Origin: a virus
Length of the DNA: 64,000 nt
Reading direction: 5' to 3' (one strand)
IMG/VR virus record: IMGVR_UViG_3300027804_002057
Every line of letters begins with the position of its first letter. Position 1 is the stretch's first letter. Made by a program: the position numbers and the translations under genes. Shown piece by piece: positions 1-8,133 of the stretch. Below the pieces are notes generated by a model, which worked only from the letters and a program-made list of their open reading frames with translations, searched no databases and was not told the DNA's origin.

Positions 1-1
1 A

Positions 2-937
2 AGGATTAGTTCCCCAATCTTTATCGTTTGATAAGTAGATACCAGGTTCACCAGCTCCACTTGCCTCAATTCTTTTCCAAAGGTCTAAGAAATACTCTTT
101 AGTAATTTTATGTCTCATCAATACTGCTGAGTTATTTGCTCTACCTCTTTGTGGGTTTGTTTCCCACCATGCACCACTTTTACAACTAATCATTTTCTCA
201 TCGGTTGCTGAGAATAATGAGATAAGTGCTGCTCTACGAATACCACCTGCTAATACTGCATCAGCAATGTGGCAAATAATATCATGTACTTCGATTGGTT
301 CTAATTTGTCACCATCGTTCTTTGAATCTAAGATACCTTCTACTTTAATCAAACACTCTTTAAGAGGTTGAGGACCCGGTGCTTTACCGCCTGATGTAAT
401 CAAACGAGCTCCTTTTGGTCTAATATCTCTAAAATCAAATTGTGGTTTACTTCCACCAAAGAAATATGCTTTCATTAATACTAATACTGCATCAGCCCAT
501 CCTTCAATAGAATCACCAATAAGAAATCTTCTTGTCTTATCTGCATTTGGTTTTCTAATTTCAGGCAATTGGTCAACGTGATGCTTTTGTACAGAGTAAC
601 CTACACCAGTTCCACCCAATAGTAAGAACATAATTTCTGAAAACACTCTCCAATCATCTGCTGGAGCGAATGCGCAGTTGTAAATTCTATTTGGTGAAAT
701 TTCAATTGGTTTACCAGCAAACTGCATTGAACGCATAGATGGTAATACCTTTTTATCATACACGAATTTGTAGTTCTCTCTAATTTCTTTTTCTAATTTT
801 GGAAACTTCTTAATATGCATATCCATATTACGAGTAACCAATTCTTCCCATGTTTCTCTCCTTTGCAATTCCGGTTGGTACTTAGCGTACTTCATATACA
901 CCGTAATGTCTGATAAAATTCGTGTTGAAATGTCCAT
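2..937 (-). CDS. nrdJ: Class II (adenosylcobalamin-dependent) ribonucleotide reductase, N-terminal part; runs off the window edge
   Basis: Not in the ORF track; translated by hand from ATG at 937: MDISTRILSDITVYMKYAKY...RRETWEE...VLPSMRSMQFAG...IYNCAF...LLLGGTGVGYSVQ...TSGGKAPGPQPL...VLAGGIRRAALISL...RANNS...GAGEPG...WGTNP. These are monomeric RTPR-type motifs. Confidence 0.92.
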   Translation of the reverse strand, partial: MDISTRILSDITVYMKYAKYQPELQRRETWEELVTRNMDMHIKKFPKLEKEIRENYKFVYDKKVLPSMRSMQFAGKPIEISPNRIYNCAFAPADDWRVFSEIMFLLLGGTGVGYSVQKHHVDQLPEIRKPNADKTRRFLIGDSIEGWADAVLVLMKAYFFGGSKPQFDFRDIRPKGARLITSGGKAPGPQPLKECLIKVEGILDSKNDGDKLEPIEVHDIICHIADAVLAGGIRRAALISLFSATDEKMISCKSGAWWETNPQRGRANNSAVLMRHKITKEYFLDLWKRIEASGAGEPGIYLSNDKDWGTNP

Positions 938-1100
938 TGTTTTGTAAAAATTTAAATGTTTGTGAGTTTGATTTTTTTCAGGAAAACCTGAAAATAAAAA
1001 AATAAATATAAGGTCTCTCACCAAACGATTCAATTTTGTGGATAAAAAATCCACTTTTCTTTAATTTTTTTGGTGTCAAAATTCTAACCTATTAAAACAT

Positions 1101-1130
1101 ATGAAAAGGGGAGATATACTCCCCTATCAT
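1101..1130 (-). terminator. Intrinsic terminator after the Hc1-like gene
   Basis: Minus strand aGGGGAG-tatat-CTCCCCt followed by ttt, directly after the stop codon at 1132. Confidence 0.7.
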
Positions 1131-1131
1131 A

Positions 1132-1305
1132 TTAAGCTGCTTTTTGCTCTTCTGTTGAAGCTTTCTTATAAGCAGTTACTAATTTTTTCAACTCACCAAT
1201 TGCTTTTCTAGCTCTTGATTTGTTTACTTTCTTAGTTCCATTGTGCTCTGTTTCAAATGTTGTAAACAAAGCTTTCATTTGCTCAAATAATTCTTGACTT
1301 GTCAT
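1132..1305 (-). CDS. Small basic histone H1-like (Hc1 family) nucleoid protein, 57 aa
   Basis: Not in the ORF track. MTSQELFEQMKALFTTFETEHNGTKKVNKSRARKAIGELKKLVTAYKKASTEEQKAA*. The RARKA..EL.KL....KAS pattern resembles Hc1-family proteins of Bacteroidota. Confidence 0.75.
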   Translation of the reverse strand: MTSQELFEQMKALFTTFETEHNGTKKVNKSRARKAIGELKKLVTAYKKASTEEQKAA

Positions 1306-1324
1306 AGTTTTTATTTTTTAATTG

Positions 1325-2719
1325 TTATCCTAAACCCGTATTGGTATTTGGTTTACTACCAACCGGCATTGCTTCCATATATTTCTTATGTAATAGCTGT
1401 CTTTCCATTTCGGCTCCATTAGCACTTTCTTTAGTTGCCATCATTCCATCTGCTGATGTTGCTGTATAAACATCCAAAGTACCATGCGTTGTATCCATCT
1501 TCGCTGGGAAGGTAATACCATCTTGTCCGAAACGATTCTTCATAACATGCACCCTAGCGGTGTTGTTTAATTTATCTTTTGCCTTTCTACTCAAACTCAT
1601 AATGAAATCGGCATTCATTACTTTAGCGTAAGAATCTGCAATCTTATCCGCTTCAATAACTTCCGAATCAATTGCTGAACGATTAGTTTGTGATGCTGTC
1701 CAAACCGGTAATCCTAACTCACCACCCAATCCTCTTAAATCAATATACACACCACCTTGCTCAGCGTATGTACTATCGGTTTTATTTGAATGGGATAATA
1801 ACAAATCAGCGTAATCCACAATAACTAAATCGGGTTTATTACCGGCTGCTATCATCTTTTCTAAGTGAGCTTGAATTGTTTTTGAACTTGCGGCTTTTGG
1901 TGGGAAGTATTTAATTTTAAGTTTACCTTTTAGTTTCTTTAAAGATGTTAATACTTCTTCTTTCTTATCAGATAATTGATGTGATGCGATATGTGAGAAT
2001 ACGGTATCGTATCTTAATCCGACATACTCTTGCGATAATTCTAATGAGTAATGTACCACAGTCTTTCCAGCTTTTACAGCTGCTGCTCCCAAAGCACATA
2101 ATACCCAAGTCTTACCAACACCAGAAGGTGCTACCACAACTCCCAATTCGCCAGGTCCTAATCCACCATTCATCAATTCATTAATACATTCCCAATCAGT
2201 ACCAACAGTATCTCTTTTTGTTTCATCATATCTTCTTTCAAAGTCTATGAGATAATCCATACCTAAATCAGAATCAACACCAACCTTCATTGCCTTATCA
2301 ACCAACTCTTTGATTTTATCATAGTTGCCTGATTTTAGTAAATCAATTGATTGTACAATTACATTCTTTAAGTTTTGATTAATACAAAAAGCTGTAAACT
2401 CATCTTTAATATATTCCAAATCAGTATTGCCAATTTGAGAATATACTTCTTTAAGTTGCCCTACTATTGTTTTTTGTAGAGATTGATTTTCAAGCTTAGA
2501 TACTTGAACTTTAAATACATCCAACGAAGGTACTTTATTGTAATCCTTATGATGCGATACAATTTCATCCACTATCCACTTATTAGCTTCGGATTCAAAG
2601 AACTTTTTATGGATTACATCTGATAATGTATCCATCATTCTTTCATCCGTAAGTAAAGCAGATATTACTTTGGTCTGAAATGATTGCCCATATTTTGAGA
2701 GTGTATCTTCGTTATGCAT
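1325..2719 (-). CDS. Replicative DnaB-like SF4 helicase (T4 gp41-like)
   Basis: Walker A APSGVGKT, YSLEL, Walker B IVDYAD, WTASQTNR, IADSYAK, KNRFG. Confidence 0.93.
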   Translation of the reverse strand: MHNEDTLSKYGQSFQTKVISALLTDERMMDTLSDVIHKKFFESEANKWIVDEIVSHHKDYNKVPSLDVFKVQVSKLENQSLQKTIVGQLKEVYSQIGNTDLEYIKDEFTAFCINQNLKNVIVQSIDLLKSGNYDKIKELVDKAMKVGVDSDLGMDYLIDFERRYDETKRDTVGTDWECINELMNGGLGPGELGVVVAPSGVGKTWVLCALGAAAVKAGKTVVHYSLELSQEYVGLRYDTVFSHIASHQLSDKKEEVLTSLKKLKGKLKIKYFPPKAASSKTIQAHLEKMIAAGNKPDLVIVDYADLLLSHSNKTDSTYAEQGGVYIDLRGLGGELGLPVWTASQTNRSAIDSEVIEADKIADSYAKVMNADFIMSLSRKAKDKLNNTARVHVMKNRFGQDGITFPAKMDTTHGTLDVYTATSADGMMATKESANGAEMERQLLHKKYMEAMPVGSKPNTNTGLG

Positions 2720-2736
2720 TTATCTTTATTGGTTTA

Positions 2737-2768
2737 CAAATATACAACAATTTAGTGAAATCACCAAA
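2737..2768 (-). promoter_or_regulatory. Bacteroidota-type primary-sigma promoter upstream of the helicase
   Basis: TTTG (2765-2768), 20-nt spacer, TATATTTG (2737-2744); matches the -33 TTTG / -7 TAnnTTTG consensus. Confidence 0.8.
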
Positions 2769-3812
2769 TTATTTTACTATAATATTTGTATAGGTTGATT
2801 TAAGCCAATCGTTTATATCTTTCCAATTTTGAAGAATTTTATACTTCATAGCGGCTTTGATGAATTCCATCTTATCAAACTTTTTATTTGGTTCGGCAAA
2901 ACGGTCATTGATTTTCAACTTTGTATTTGTATTGATATGTGGTTCTTGCAATTGCATGATTTGTCTATTTCTCAAAACATCATCTTTAGCTGCAAGTATA
3001 TCATCATAGATTTTAGCTTCTCCTTTCTTATCTTCACATATTTGAAAGAACTCATCAAAAGTAATTTCTCTATCTTCAGATAATTCAGGAAATCTTTTAA
3101 GAACAGTCTTTAATCCACATCCTTTAACACCAGGTACATTATCTGAATTATCTCCATCTAATGTTCTGAATAGTAAAAGATTTTGTGGATACATTCCCCA
3201 TTCTTCTTTAACCAATTCTCTATTATACAATTTCTTTTTAGTTGGTGAATAAACAAAAGTTTTTTCATCTACTAATTGTAAGAAATCTTTATCGGTAGAA
3301 ACAATATAACATTCTTCATCTTCACCAAGCACATGCTTAGCTATGTGTCCAATTACATCGTCTGCCTCTATACCATCATATATCATTGTAGTAATTGGTA
3401 AACTATCTAACAAGTCTACTAACCACACAAATTGTCTTTTCATTGAAAGTTGTTCGTCTTCTTGAGTCATCATTTCAGGATACTGACGATTAACTCTAAA
3501 ACGATTCTTACCTCTATCAGCTTTATAGCCTTCAAATAATTCTTTCCTACCTTTAGAACCACCCTTACCATCAAAGGTTAAGATAACTCTAGTTGGATTG
3601 AATTGGCGGATTTGATACCCGATTGAATTTAACGAACCAATAACTCCACCCGTATGCTCACCATCCTCATTCATAATGGGGTTGGTAGTCCAGCTACGGA
3701 TGAAGGTATTTAGTCCATCTATGATAAGAACTCTACCATTCCTTACCCTTTGGGCATTAGATTCATGTTCAGATTCTACTTCATTGAGTAATTTTTTGTA
3801 TAATTCTTTCAT
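2769..3812 (-). CDS. 5'-3' exonuclease/flap endonuclease (T4 RNase H / PolI N-terminal family)
   Basis: LIIDGLNTF, FDGKGG, YKADR, EADDVIG, STDKDFLQL, GDNSDNVPGVKGCGLKT. Confidence 0.93.
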   Translation of the reverse strand: MKELYKKLLNEVESEHESNAQRVRNGRVLIIDGLNTFIRSWTTNPIMNEDGEHTGGVIGSLNSIGYQIRQFNPTRVILTFDGKGGSKGRKELFEGYKADRGKNRFRVNRQYPEMMTQEDEQLSMKRQFVWLVDLLDSLPITTMIYDGIEADDVIGHIAKHVLGEDEECYIVSTDKDFLQLVDEKTFVYSPTKKKLYNRELVKEEWGMYPQNLLLFRTLDGDNSDNVPGVKGCGLKTVLKRFPELSEDREITFDEFFQICEDKKGEAKIYDDILAAKDDVLRNRQIMQLQEPHINTNTKLKINDRFAEPNKKFDKMEFIKAAMKYKILQNWKDINDWLKSTYTNIIVK

Positions 3813-3829
3813 ATTGTTTGTAACATTTA

Positions 3830-4951
3830 TTAATCACCGATTACTTCTGAGTCTGTCACCAAACTATCAGTATCCAATGAATCTTTTTTGTATTGTAAAA
3901 TTGTTGCTTCACAAATCCTTTTATAGATTTGTTCTTTTACTTCTTGATTAGTTTCTAATGTAGAAGGGAAATCTTTCGCTTGAAACTTAATCACTTCGCC
4001 TGAATCAATATCAATATATTCATACCAAGCTCCTGATTGTTTTACGATGCTATTCTCTTTCATCATACCTAACCAAGCTCCATAGTTATCAATACCTCTG
4101 TCAAAGAAAATATCGAAATCAGCGGAACGTAACGGCGGTCCCATCCTATTCTTTACTACCTGACAACGAACTTTGATACCTACGATTCTTTCGTTACCAT
4201 TCTCTTTAGCCTTAATCGTTCCCATACTCTTTAATCTTAAACGAACCGATGCATGGAAAGCAATTGCTTTACCACCAGAAGTTGTCCAAGGGTCAGAGAA
4301 TGGCATTGCGTTCATCTTCTGTCTTAATTGGTTTGTGAAAACCAAAGTGATTTTCTGTCTACCAATTAAGTTAGTAATTTTACGCATTGCTTTGGAAATG
4401 ATAATTGCTTTATCGGTAGCGTAACCATCTTTACCATAATCAGCTTCCATCTCCTTTTCAGTTGATGCTGCTGCTACTGAATCCACAACGATTGTTACAT
4501 ACTTATCCTTTGAGTTAGTTCTCACTTTCTCAATAATAGTTTCAGTATATTCGAAACATTGTTCAACAGTCTCAGCTGCTACATAAAGTAATTTGGTTGT
4601 ATCTACTCCAATGGCTTCTAAGAATTCTCTACTTACGGCGTTTTCAGTATCAATCAACACAGCGATACCACCTAACTTTTGAGTTTCGGCAAGTAAGTGT
4701 GCTGAAAGTAATGATTTACCACTTTGTTCCAATCCTGTCACTTCGGTAATTCTACCAACAGGCAAACCACCATACGGGCGATTTGAGATAGCCACATCTA
4801 ACATTGATGCTCCGGTTGAAATCCATCCCTCTACATTTGTGGGAGCTTCATCCGAGTCCAAAAAGAATGCTACCTTTTGGTCTTTTGATTGTTTGTTAAG
4901 GGACTCCGCTAGCACTTCTGCTAAGTCCACTTCCTTAGTTGCTTTAGCCAT
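3830..4951 (-). CDS. recA: RecA/UvsX recombinase
   Basis: GGLPVGRITEVTGLEQSGKS, IDTENA, VVDSVAA, FTNQLR, SGGKAIAFHASVRL, VVKNRMGPP, QSGAWY. Confidence 0.95.
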   Translation of the reverse strand: MAKATKEVDLAEVLAESLNKQSKDQKVAFFLDSDEAPTNVEGWISTGASMLDVAISNRPYGGLPVGRITEVTGLEQSGKSLLSAHLLAETQKLGGIAVLIDTENAVSREFLEAIGVDTTKLLYVAAETVEQCFEYTETIIEKVRTNSKDKYVTIVVDSVAAASTEKEMEADYGKDGYATDKAIIISKAMRKITNLIGRQKITLVFTNQLRQKMNAMPFSDPWTTSGGKAIAFHASVRLRLKSMGTIKAKENGNERIVGIKVRCQVVKNRMGPPLRSADFDIFFDRGIDNYGAWLGMMKENSIVKQSGAWYEYIDIDSGEVIKFQAKDFPSTLETNQEVKEQIYKRICEATILQYKKDSLDTDSLVTDSEVIGD

Positions 4952-4967
4952 ATATTAACTTATTATT

Positions 4968-5786
4968 TTATGAATTGAAAAGGTCATCAAATGCTGCTGC
5001 TACATCATCTAATTTCTTAGCTGGTGCTGCCGCCGGCTTTGATGGAGTTGTATCGAAAGGTGCTTCATCATCATCGTTAGCAGTTGATGAAAGAGTTTCA
5101 GCTGATACTGATTTTTCATCTTCTGATGTTGCTGATGGGTTTAACCAACCTTCTAATACATTTTTCAATTCTGCATAAGTTAATTCTGAATAAAGTTCAG
5201 TAATTTCTTTTTGAGAATTTAAGTACTTGTCCGTTTCTTCTTTAGATGTTGCTAAAGGAGTTTCTTTTGGTTTAACACGGATTGTTGTTACAGGGTAAGA
5301 AGTACCACTGTCTTCTGCTGATACTACTTCAACGGTAATATCTCTACCTTCATTTGGGTCAGTAATATCACCATAATCAGGATCTGCCATATAACCAAGA
5401 ATCTCTTGATATACAGTTTTTCCAAAGCCCCAAAAACGAACACCTTCACCTTCTTCACCTCTTACCAATACTGGTACGAAAGTTCTAAGTTTCGGCTCCA
5501 TTTTCTTTGCAGCTTTCCAATCTTCCTTATCACCCATTCTTTTAAGTTTGTCAGCAAACTCAACAATTGGGTCAGGTCTGCCAAAACTCATCGGAGATAA
5601 GTAAGTTTTGTTGTTAATGTTGTAGTGAAAATAAAGTTCAATAAAAGGATTTTCTTTATTGAATTTGTACGGCACCAATCTGATTGTGTGTTTGCCTGGT
5701 GCTGGCTTCCAAAGTTCTACTGTGGTTCTTTGGGTGTTCTGCAGTTTGTTAAGTCTGCTCTTAATCGCGTCTAAATTAATAGCCAT
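4968..5786 (-). CDS. Single-stranded DNA-binding protein (T4 gp32-like)
   Basis: WKP..GKHTIRLVP, FWGFGKTVY, DITDPNEGRD, acidic tail ending AFDDLFNS; adjacent to recA. Confidence 0.8.
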   Translation of the reverse strand: MAINLDAIKSRLNKLQNTQRTTVELWKPAPGKHTIRLVPYKFNKENPFIELYFHYNINNKTYLSPMSFGRPDPIVEFADKLKRMGDKEDWKAAKKMEPKLRTFVPVLVRGEEGEGVRFWGFGKTVYQEILGYMADPDYGDITDPNEGRDITVEVVSAEDSGTSYPVTTIRVKPKETPLATSKEETDKYLNSQKEITELYSELTYAELKNVLEGWLNPSATSEDEKSVSAETLSSTANDDDEAPFDTTPSKPAAAPAKKLDDVAAAFDDLFNS

Positions 5787-5892
5787 TTTCTTTTAAATTT
5801 TAAGAGTTTAAGGTTTAAAACGTTTATGTTTTAAGGTTGGATTATAGTGTCTTTCCTACACTTCCGTTACATTAATAAATATAAAGGAGATA

Positions 5893-5924
5893 CAAATATA
5901 CAACAAATTCCTGATATTTCCAAA
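5893..5924 (-). promoter_or_regulatory. Bacteroidota-type promoter (proximal) upstream of the SSB gene
   Basis: TTTG-N20-TATATTTG. Confidence 0.78.
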
Positions 5925-5962
5925 TCTTTTTTTGAGTATATTTTTGTCCTCATAATTTGTAA

Positions 5963-5994
5963 CAAATATACGAAAAATATGTTACAAAACCAAA
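5963..5994 (-). promoter_or_regulatory. Bacteroidota-type promoter (distal) upstream of the SSB gene
   Basis: TTTG-N20-TATATTTG. Confidence 0.78.
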
Positions 5995-5995
5995 T

Positions 5996-6023
5996 AAAAA
6001 AGGGAGTTTTTATACTCCCTTTT
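5996..6023 (-). terminator. Intrinsic terminator after the endolysin, possibly bidirectional
   Basis: Stem aaaagggagt / actccctttt, with T-runs available on both strands. Confidence 0.8.
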
Positions 6024-6026
6024 GTT

Positions 6027-6863
6027 TTATGCTAATAAATGATAATATTCTTTAAAGTGTTTAATTCTATCAGGCAATCCGATAGTTCCACCATTTACTC
6101 TTTTTGTGATTTTAGTTACAACCACATCACTTGCACCTTCATCAGCCATCTTATGCAATCCGTTTTTAGAGAAGAACCAAGCTGCTGATAATAAAGCGTA
6201 TTGAGATGCTACCTTATCAGGATTAGCTGTCATATCTTCACCAATTGATTTACCAAATGCAGTGTAGTTATCTTTACCCGTTAATTGGATATAACCACGG
6301 CCTCTGAATTTGTAGCCTTCACCACTTGCTTCAGTCCCATTACCCATACGGTTTGCATATACTTTAGATGCAATCTTTTGTGGGTTTCTTTGATAAGCGT
6401 TTGCAATCGCTTCGGTTGGGAAATACTTTTTGAATATACCCATTAAACCTTTAGCTGAATAGTTTAAGTTTTCTTGTGTTGCTCTAAATCCGCCACTCTC
6501 ATGTCCACATTGTGCTAAGAAATGTGCTAATCTTAATGGAGTATTAATTTGGAACTTAGCCGCCGTATCAGGAATCATAGCGATTACTGCATCAGGAATG
6601 TGTCCTTTTAATTTATCCAATTTTAATCCACCTACTGGTGCTATTGTTTGAACTGGTGGCGCTGGTAAAGGTTCTCCTTCTCCCATAATTTTTGCCCAAG
6701 TTCCTGGTCCTACGATACCATCTGCAACCAAACCATGCTTAGCTTGGAATTCTTTTACTGCCGCTTCGGTTTTAGGTCCAAAGTTAGTTACTGCTGGAGA
6801 AATTCCTAACTTCTCCTGCATTAATTTTACGTTTTCGTTATTATCACCTTTTTTTAATAACAT
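6027..6863 (-). CDS. Endolysin: N-terminal peptidoglycan-binding domain plus GH19 lysozyme/chitinase-like domain
   Basis: LLKKGD..V...Q..LG...FGPKTEAAVKEFQ..HGLVADGIVGPGTW (PG-binding); HFLAQCGHESGGF, FRGRGYIQLTGKDNY, TKRVNGGTIGL (GH19). Confidence 0.92.
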   Translation of the reverse strand: MLLKKGDNNENVKLMQEKLGISPAVTNFGPKTEAAVKEFQAKHGLVADGIVGPGTWAKIMGEGEPLPAPPVQTIAPVGGLKLDKLKGHIPDAVIAMIPDTAAKFQINTPLRLAHFLAQCGHESGGFRATQENLNYSAKGLMGIFKKYFPTEAIANAYQRNPQKIASKVYANRMGNGTEASGEGYKFRGRGYIQLTGKDNYTAFGKSIGEDMTANPDKVASQYALLSAAWFFSKNGLHKMADEGASDVVVTKITKRVNGGTIGLPDRIKHFKEYYHLLA

Positions 6864-6867
6864 AGTT

Positions 6868-7638
6868 TTAATATTTTTTAATTTCTTTGTACATTATAAC
6901 TTGTTTAGGTTTCATAACTATTTCATTCCATAGAGATGTCTTATTATCTCTACAATCTTCTACATTTCTGCAAAGATTACTTTCGTTACCAGGGTATGAT
7001 AATCTGAACATATTAACTGCTTTATTACCCTTATCAGTTGCGAATGTTTTTGCATCTGATTTGAATGCAGCTACCAATGTTCCGCTTAATTTTACCAATA
7101 TATTACTTTCCGGTCTGAAAAACTCTTTAGCCTGTGTTGTAAATCCAGATATTGAAAATCCATATCCATTTTGTACACTATCTATTAAGTTAATCAATCC
7201 TTCTTTAGATGTCCAATGTAATACAGTCACTTCTTCATCAACAGTACCATAAGTATCCATTGTGAATTCTTTATTTAACAAAAGATATGGTTCTATTGCT
7301 CCTCTAGAGTAGAAAAAAGCAATCTTATCATTATCTATATTAACTATATAATCTTTATAATCTTTTTTTAATGACCAAACTCTATGATTTACAAAGTCTT
7401 CTATAAAGTCCAATACTTTCTTTCTTGTTAAATCAGGAAATTGCTCAGTTTCAATAAATAATTGATATGAAAAGTATTTGTTAATTAAATCTATAAGTTT
7501 TGGGCTATAATCAATCGTACCGCCCCTAGTATCAAATCCATCTTTTTCTAAGGCAAGGAATTCATTACAAATGGTTTCCCATTCGGATATTGTGTGAAAT
7601 GAGCTTTCTGGTTTAAAATATCCTCTAACCTTATACAT
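6868..7638 (-). CDS. Hypothetical protein, 256 aa; possible ADP-ribosyltransferase-like fold in the C-terminal half
   Basis: ORF in operon with the lysin. VLHWTSKEGL..L and a late WNEIVM are only weakly suggestive of an ART fold. Confidence 0.6.
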   Translation of the reverse strand: MYKVRGYFKPESSFHTISEWETICNEFLALEKDGFDTRGGTIDYSPKLIDLINKYFSYQLFIETEQFPDLTRKKVLDFIEDFVNHRVWSLKKDYKDYIVNIDNDKIAFFYSRGAIEPYLLLNKEFTMDTYGTVDEEVTVLHWTSKEGLINLIDSVQNGYGFSISGFTTQAKEFFRPESNILVKLSGTLVAAFKSDAKTFATDKGNKAVNMFRLSYPGNESNLCRNVEDCRDNKTSLWNEIVMKPKQVIMYKEIKKY

Positions 7639-7652
7639 AGTAATTATAAATA

Positions 7653-8069
7653 TTACTGCTCTTTATTTTCACCCTCACCGAAATCAATTACTTCAAAAAC
7701 TCTTGTCTGAATCTTTTTTGTACCTTCGGCATTTGTTAATATGATTGAATTTTTGAATTTTTGCCAATTGATGACAAATGATGTATCCAACACACCACCA
7801 TTTTCTTCTTTAACTAATTCGTTAAGAGCATTAATAGTGTATAATGTATTAGATTCTTTCTTTCTGTGTATTAAAATTGTATTTTCCAACGGAGTTTCAG
7901 GTTGGAAAGCTGTATCAATGTTGTACGTGATGAATAATTCATCTAAATTCCCCTTATTTTGAAGAATATAAATGTAATTATAAACGATGTGATAAATTTC
8001 TCTAATTTGTTGTAGAGTGTTGTGTAACTCACCTTTCGTTGTAAACGTACATAGTAACTGTGTTTTCAT
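7653..8069 (-). CDS. Hypothetical phage protein, 138 aa
   Basis: Clean ORF MKTQLLCTFT...IHRKKESNTLYTINALN; ATATTTATA motif upstream. Confidence 0.75.
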   Translation of the reverse strand: MKTQLLCTFTTKGELHNTLQQIREIYHIVYNYIYILQNKGNLDELFITYNIDTAFQPETPLENTILIHRKKESNTLYTINALNELVKEENGGVLDTSFVINWQKFKNSIILTNAEGTKKIQTRVFEVIDFGEGENKEQ

Positions 8070-8133
8070 CCGCTTTTCCTTTTCTTTTATATCATCTATA
8101 AATATGAAAAAACGGATGAAAGGGTATTTTTAC

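Noticed and set aside
940-1100. Cobalamin riboswitch upstream of nrdJ
   Set aside because: Only two short hairpins are visible (about 975-994 and 1038-1054), with no recognisable B12-box.
1325-4951. Inteins or introns in the helicase, exonuclease or RecA
   Set aside because: Protein lengths are normal, motifs are contiguous and no splicing motifs were seen.
5867-5953. 28-codon minus-strand mini-ORF between the two SSB promoters
   Set aside because: It runs through promoter elements and has no recognisable features; likely chance.
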